From NCBI RefSeq assembly GCF_000150275.1, contig NW_002060964.1:62001-126000 (forward strand): DNA of 64,000 nucleotides. The letters run 5' to 3'. The DNA is from Trichoplax adhaerens. Its lineage: Eukaryota; Animalia; Placozoa. This document shows positions 58,978 to 64,000 of the stretch, piece after piece (within the stretch, counting starts at the first letter, position 1; every line of letters begins with the position of its first letter). Made by a program: the position numbers and the translations under genes. The notes beneath the pieces are model-generated. The model was not told the origin of the DNA. It saw nothing but the letters and a program-made list of their open reading frames with translations, and ran no database searches.

Positions 58978-59332
58978 GTTGGTATGTTACTGTCAATCAA
59001 TTGTAGTCCAGGCATGCGTGCAAGTGGTCCAGTCTACAGTACTTTATACACTACCAGAGTTATAGTATGGAAACCGGACGCGGAGCCGTACAACACAGTA
59101 CAGTATGGTACACTGTATACTGATTATGACCATGAGCATTGCGGGTACAGTGTACAGTACGCTGTACTGTAGGTGGAAAGGCGAGCGTGGTTCTGGATAA
59201 TGCCATTGTTTTACTACAGTAGCAAGTGACAATACTACAGTATCTAAGGGTACTGTACACTGTACAGTTGTTGTACTGTACAGTAGAGTACAGGACACCA
59301 CTTGATTTAGGCCTTTCAAGGTCAACAACAAA
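58978..59332. promoter_or_regulatory. 355-bp bidirectional promoter of MED21 and MMAB
   Basis: Divergent ATGs; many TACTG/CAGTA units; TGATTGACAG (minus strand, 58990-58999); TCAAGGTCA (59316-59324). Confidence 0.75.
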
Positions 59333-61777
59333 ATGGCTCAATTTTTAAAGGTAGTTGCCTTGAGACGTTTACCAGGACTCTATCCTAGCGTTAGGCTAGT
59401 ACATGCATCCAGGTAGAGTTGTCACTTAGTTTGCATAGTAATGAATAAATTGTAATGGGTTAGCCATAACTATACAATCGATTTAATTTTGATGATGGAA
59501 TTGTTCAAACATGATTTATTAATCCTTTTGTGCAGAATGATGAGGAAAATGATAGATTGAATGATAATTACAATTCATTGCATAAGTTCTAATTGAATAT
59601 CGAAAAAAGTTAGCCATACCTTTAAGGTCATATTTTATCATTTCTTTTGTAGTGCCTTAATGAAAATGAAAATTTACACCAAAACTGGCGATAAAGGTAT
59701 ACAGTACTACGCGTATGACATGTAATGTTTGTTGATAGCGATAGACGAATGATGGCGTAATACTAATTGTTGTACAGTACAGTATTGGATTTCGCTTCTT
59801 GCAATGACAAAATTTCAACGTATTTTATTGAATTGAATTGAATTAAACTGTTGAGACTGCATCGGTATCACTAGTTGTAGCCAATCAATTTCAAGTGTTG
59901 CTTTCAAGAATATTGCTATTGGATGATGCACACCGACATTTGCGTTTGACTAGTATATTGCAATCGTAAGACTATCCTAATTTAAGCAATTGCTATTTCG
60001 CATTCGTTGAACAGGCAAATCGAGCTTATTTACTGGTGAAAGGCGACTAAAAGATGATACTATATTTGAAGCTTTGGGAACAAATGATGAGCTGTCATCA
60101 GCAATAGGGTAAATCAATCATACTACTGTACTATTCCCAAGATTTGATTCTATCTGCAAAGCTATATCGTTCGTAAAATATGGTCTTAATTTTATGGTTT
60201 AATCTTTCAATATCTAAATATACTAAAAGGTGATCGCTAAAGTAGCTTGTTTCATTTTTCTAACTTATTATATTACACTCTAAATTAATGTAGGCTAGCT
60301 AGAGAATTTTGCTTGCAGGCTGGACAGAACTTTGTCGACAAGCTAGAACAAGTATTTCATATCTTAATGATGTATATCTAGTAAAATATTGATACAACAC
60401 GTTACTACTGTTTTCTGACTTGATAAAGTGATTATACTGTATTGGAACTGTGTTTCCGTCTGCTATTTTTATGAGTTATACGTATAATATACTTCGTTAC
60501 AATTTCTACGTTTAAGATTTTAATATTTACTATACCACTATTTATCCACTTCAAACGGTAAAATTACGCACAATTCGTATTATACTGTAGATTCAATGTC
60601 GCTTGCAGGACATCGGATCGAACATTGCTACACCGCGTATTCAAGCTGATGAGGATAAATTAGGTTCTCCTATAGTAATAAATCTATAAAAATGTAGTAA
60701 GACATTATTTATTTGCATTGGAACATGCTGTCGTTTCCACTAGGCGTTCAACCTAACATGGCTTAAGGATACGACAATGTTAATGTTTATTATTTTAAAC
60801 TAATTAATATATACGCGTATCATCCAGGCAGCATTTAACGAAATTAATTTTTTATTTATCTAGTTCGAACAGAATTTAGTTCATCTAATGTCCAACAATT
60901 GGAATTATGGATTGATGAAATGGATGAACAATTACCACCATTAAAAAATTTTATCTTACCGGTGCGTATATTCATAAGCAACAAGATATTCAATAGAGTG
61001 TTTCAATGCTATCTCGTGAATGCTAGCAATACTGAAATATTTGAAGGTGAATTTTGTTCAAAATTACCAATTCTTTTCGTTCGCAGTCTGGTGGATTATC
61101 AAGCAGCTCTTTGCATGTGGCGAGATCAATTTGTCGTCGAGCCGAAAGAAGGTACTGTTATGCTATTACATCTTATGTAATACCTAAATTCAAATCAGGT
61201 GCAATTCAATATACAGTATTGTATTAGATACTAATAGAATATCATCATAATATCCTATAACTTGACCAGTATCCCTAGGGGATACAGCTGATCTATTTAT
61301 TTTCACTGCAACTATCGTCAATGTAGGGTTGTACCACTTGTTCGTGAAAATGCTGTTGACCCTGATGTTGCAAAATACTTAAACAGGTTCACAAATTGCT
61401 TCTTGTCGAAAAATGTTCCTTCACGAATATATTACTTGCGTCCTTTATACAACACTCGTTACAGTAGAAATTGATCCGAAATTCTTACACTAATCTAATT
61501 GTAACGTATTCGCGCACTCGATAGACTTGGCTATATTCTGATTTCTACTAGAAGTACAGATTAATTAATTTATTTCAATCGCATATGACTACGCTATCTT
61601 GCTAATTCTATTGAAAATACCAGTAAATCTAGCGAAACAATTTCGAAGTTGTTAATTGTCATGCTTTCTAATCATTTGAATCCATTAAGGCTCAGCGACT
61701 TTCTATTCACTGCTGCCCGCTATTCCGCCATGAAGGAAGGCCGTAGCGAAGTTATCTATAGAAAAAGCGATCAGTAA
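59333..61777 (+). CDS. MMAB: Cob(I)alamin adenosyltransferase (PduO-type), mitochondrial
   Basis: Arg-rich transit-like [22 protein letters not shown]; [10 protein letters not shown]|[56 protein letters not shown]|[21 protein letters not shown]|[11 protein letters not shown]; stop 61775-61777. Confidence 0.96.
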
Positions 61778-61948
61778 AAAGGTGTAAAGCTGCCTGTTGT
61801 TTTATTAATACTCAAAATAAGTTGTAAATTCTTTACAGTGTTAAAATTTAAATGAAAAAGCGACCAGTAAAGTGGTGCAAAGCTGCCTGTTGTTTTATTA
61901 ATACTCAAAATAACTTATAAATTCTTTTACAATGCTAAAACTCAAATG
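61761..61948. repeat. Tandem duplication with a ~93 bp unit covering the last MMAB codons, the stop codon and the proximal 3' UTR
   Basis: gaaaaagcga(t/c)cagtaaa..aaagctgcctgttgttttattaatactcaaaataa.. starts at 61761 and again at 61854. Confidence 0.9.
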
Positions 61949-63048
61949 CTATCCTATAAAAGTTTTCTTGCTATAATTTCTTGATAAATGAAATGAATAT
62001 ATACGTATACATCTAGTCCAATTTTTGCGTTCCAAGACTTTGCGCTCACATTGTATAGCTTTAGCATTTATATAGTACAGCATTCTGAATTTTGAAATAA
62101 AATACCTAACTTTCTCTTGTATCGTGCCAATATATATGAACGTGACCGTAGGCGAAATCGGTCATTTTGCAAATGAGAATACAACTTATATGATAGACAG
62201 GCGCTCGCCGCGGAAATTTACTTGTTATATCATGCGCCACTGTTAAAAGGTGCAGGAGAGCTGTTAACGATACTGTTGTGGTACTGTAGCACATCAATTA
62301 ACGTTCCGTTAGAAGCCTTACGGAAGATTTTGTTGGATATCCGAAATCGCTTTATTAACGAATCTCAACTGCTACGGTAACGGAAGTAGTGTGGTCACTG
62401 CCTATAATTATCCATGCTGGGTGTATAACCCTAACCCTAGCGATACTTGTTTATCAATACTGGATGTGTGATAAAGGACAATTTCCGAGGTATTACGATA
62501 CTACAAAATGCGGTACTGTACAGTATATTCAAATTCAACGATTTAACAATCGCGCAAGTTAATCAGTTCAGACATATGCAAAATACAGCACTATATATTA
62601 AAAGCAAATCTATTCATTTATTAATTTTTACCAATGGAAACTAATTTTAATATCACCATTAAAAGGATTTAAACCACAACAACAGACGGGTAATGTATAT
62701 ATGATACTGACTGCATTCCAGTATGAAACGTGTACATATTTGCTTCTGGTATAACAACTGACTACAGTTAACATCAACAGCCAAATTAAAGAATACTAAA
62801 AATTTACTAGGTGATTGTCGTACGACAATGGTCTTTACTACAATACAAAAACAAATGTTAGAATTCACAGTAAATTCTCTTCGGCATCAAAGGATGTGCG
62901 TAGCAAGCAACGTTATTTAATCTACTAAAAATATTTGATAATTCTATCAGCTTTCGGTAGATGTAAAGACTGCGTACTGTATCTTTTATCATAATTCTAA
63001 TTACAACTGCTGTATAATACTCTGATAAATTCATTTCTATCAATCGTT

Positions 63049-64000
63049 CTACATTGAATTGAAGCCTCCACCATATCCTGCTCCGAAAGGTGGCTGAGGC
63101 TGTGGTTGCATATTCATCATCATGCCAGGGGCAGAGCCCATTCCACCCATCATTTGCTGCGGTGGTTGAGGTGCAGGTGCTATTCCCATACCAGGTGCAG
63201 GTGGCATTCCCATACCAGGTCCAGCAGTAATCATCAATTGTTTATCTACAAGAGTATGCATATTCTTAATTAAAATTTCAAATACTAGCCAGCTAATTTA
63301 ATAAGATACATAGCATTACATTCAGTATTACTTACCAAACACAATAGGCTGTGTATCGCTAGTGGATTCCTCTACTACTTTACGCTCTTCCTCAGAAAGC
63401 GCCAATTTATCAACCTGCGATAGTAGGATATTCAATCATTTATCATCATAGGTATGCGCGCTCCTCGTACACCTATCTATATTCTTAGACTATTGACCTA
63501 CCTTTGAAATATATTCACGCATTACTTGAATTAAAAATGGCATAGCATAATCAAGTAAATTATGCCTCCAGGATAATTCTAATATAACGTCAGGGCGGAG
63601 TAAATCATAGCAAACAAACAAACAAGATGCAAAACATTCCTGATAGTCATTTTCCAAAAACCAAGCGATGAGGCTTTCTGCCAGCTCCTGCTTACGCGAA
63701 TCTGATGTATATTGCATCGCGTCCTGAAAAATATAATATTTTAACAATTTAGGAGCTAATCGTGCAATTGGTCAAAGCAACAATACATATCCATCCCAAA
63801 CGACTAATTCACAAACCTTGAACAATTTATCTTTCTTGCACAATTCAACAGACTGACTCCATCTGTTGTTGCCTTTGTAAAGATACGCAGCAATTCTTCG
63901 GAACTCAAGAAGTTCATGTTTTTCTAATTGTTGAGCTAAGGCAACATTGTCCAAATTATCGTACGCATCGATAGATGTACGTAAACCGTTATAATCTTCT
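63049..64000 (-). CDS. CLTC: Clathrin heavy chain, 3' exons only (gene continues beyond the window)
   Basis: [45 protein letters not shown]|[46 protein letters not shown]|VDKL..QPIVF|..QLMITAGP and a Pro/Gly/Met-rich tail. Confidence 0.97.

Noticed and set aside
58984-59341. ORFs within the MED21/MMAB intergenic region
   Set aside because: Artefacts of stop-poor TACAG repeats in a bidirectional promoter

Overview
AT-rich, intron-dense animal genomic DNA with compact genes and mostly ~80-130 nt GT-AG introns. Gene content and architecture fit a placozoan such as Trichoplax (inference, not proven). I rebuilt 11 conserved multi-exon genes by reading exons across splice sites: MKS1 (5'-truncated), a C-factor/sniffer-type SDR, a short NCoR-like corepressor, HPD, SGF29, TLCD3/FAM57, malectin, CCT6, MED21, MMAB and clathrin heavy chain (3' part). 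Eight of these form four head-to-head pairs whose shared promoters carry a (TACTG/CAGTA)n signature. A ~21 kb very AT-rich interval (35.7-56.8 kb) has no conserved gene. It does contain a spliced, apparently decaying gene for a small secreted protein with a symmetric CX6CX3C-X18-CX6CX3C motif, a second signal-peptide sORF missed by the ORF track, and a degenerate ~88 bp tandem array. I found no rRNA, tRNA, CRISPR array or intact mobile element. Exon boundaries were read by eye and may be off by a few bases.
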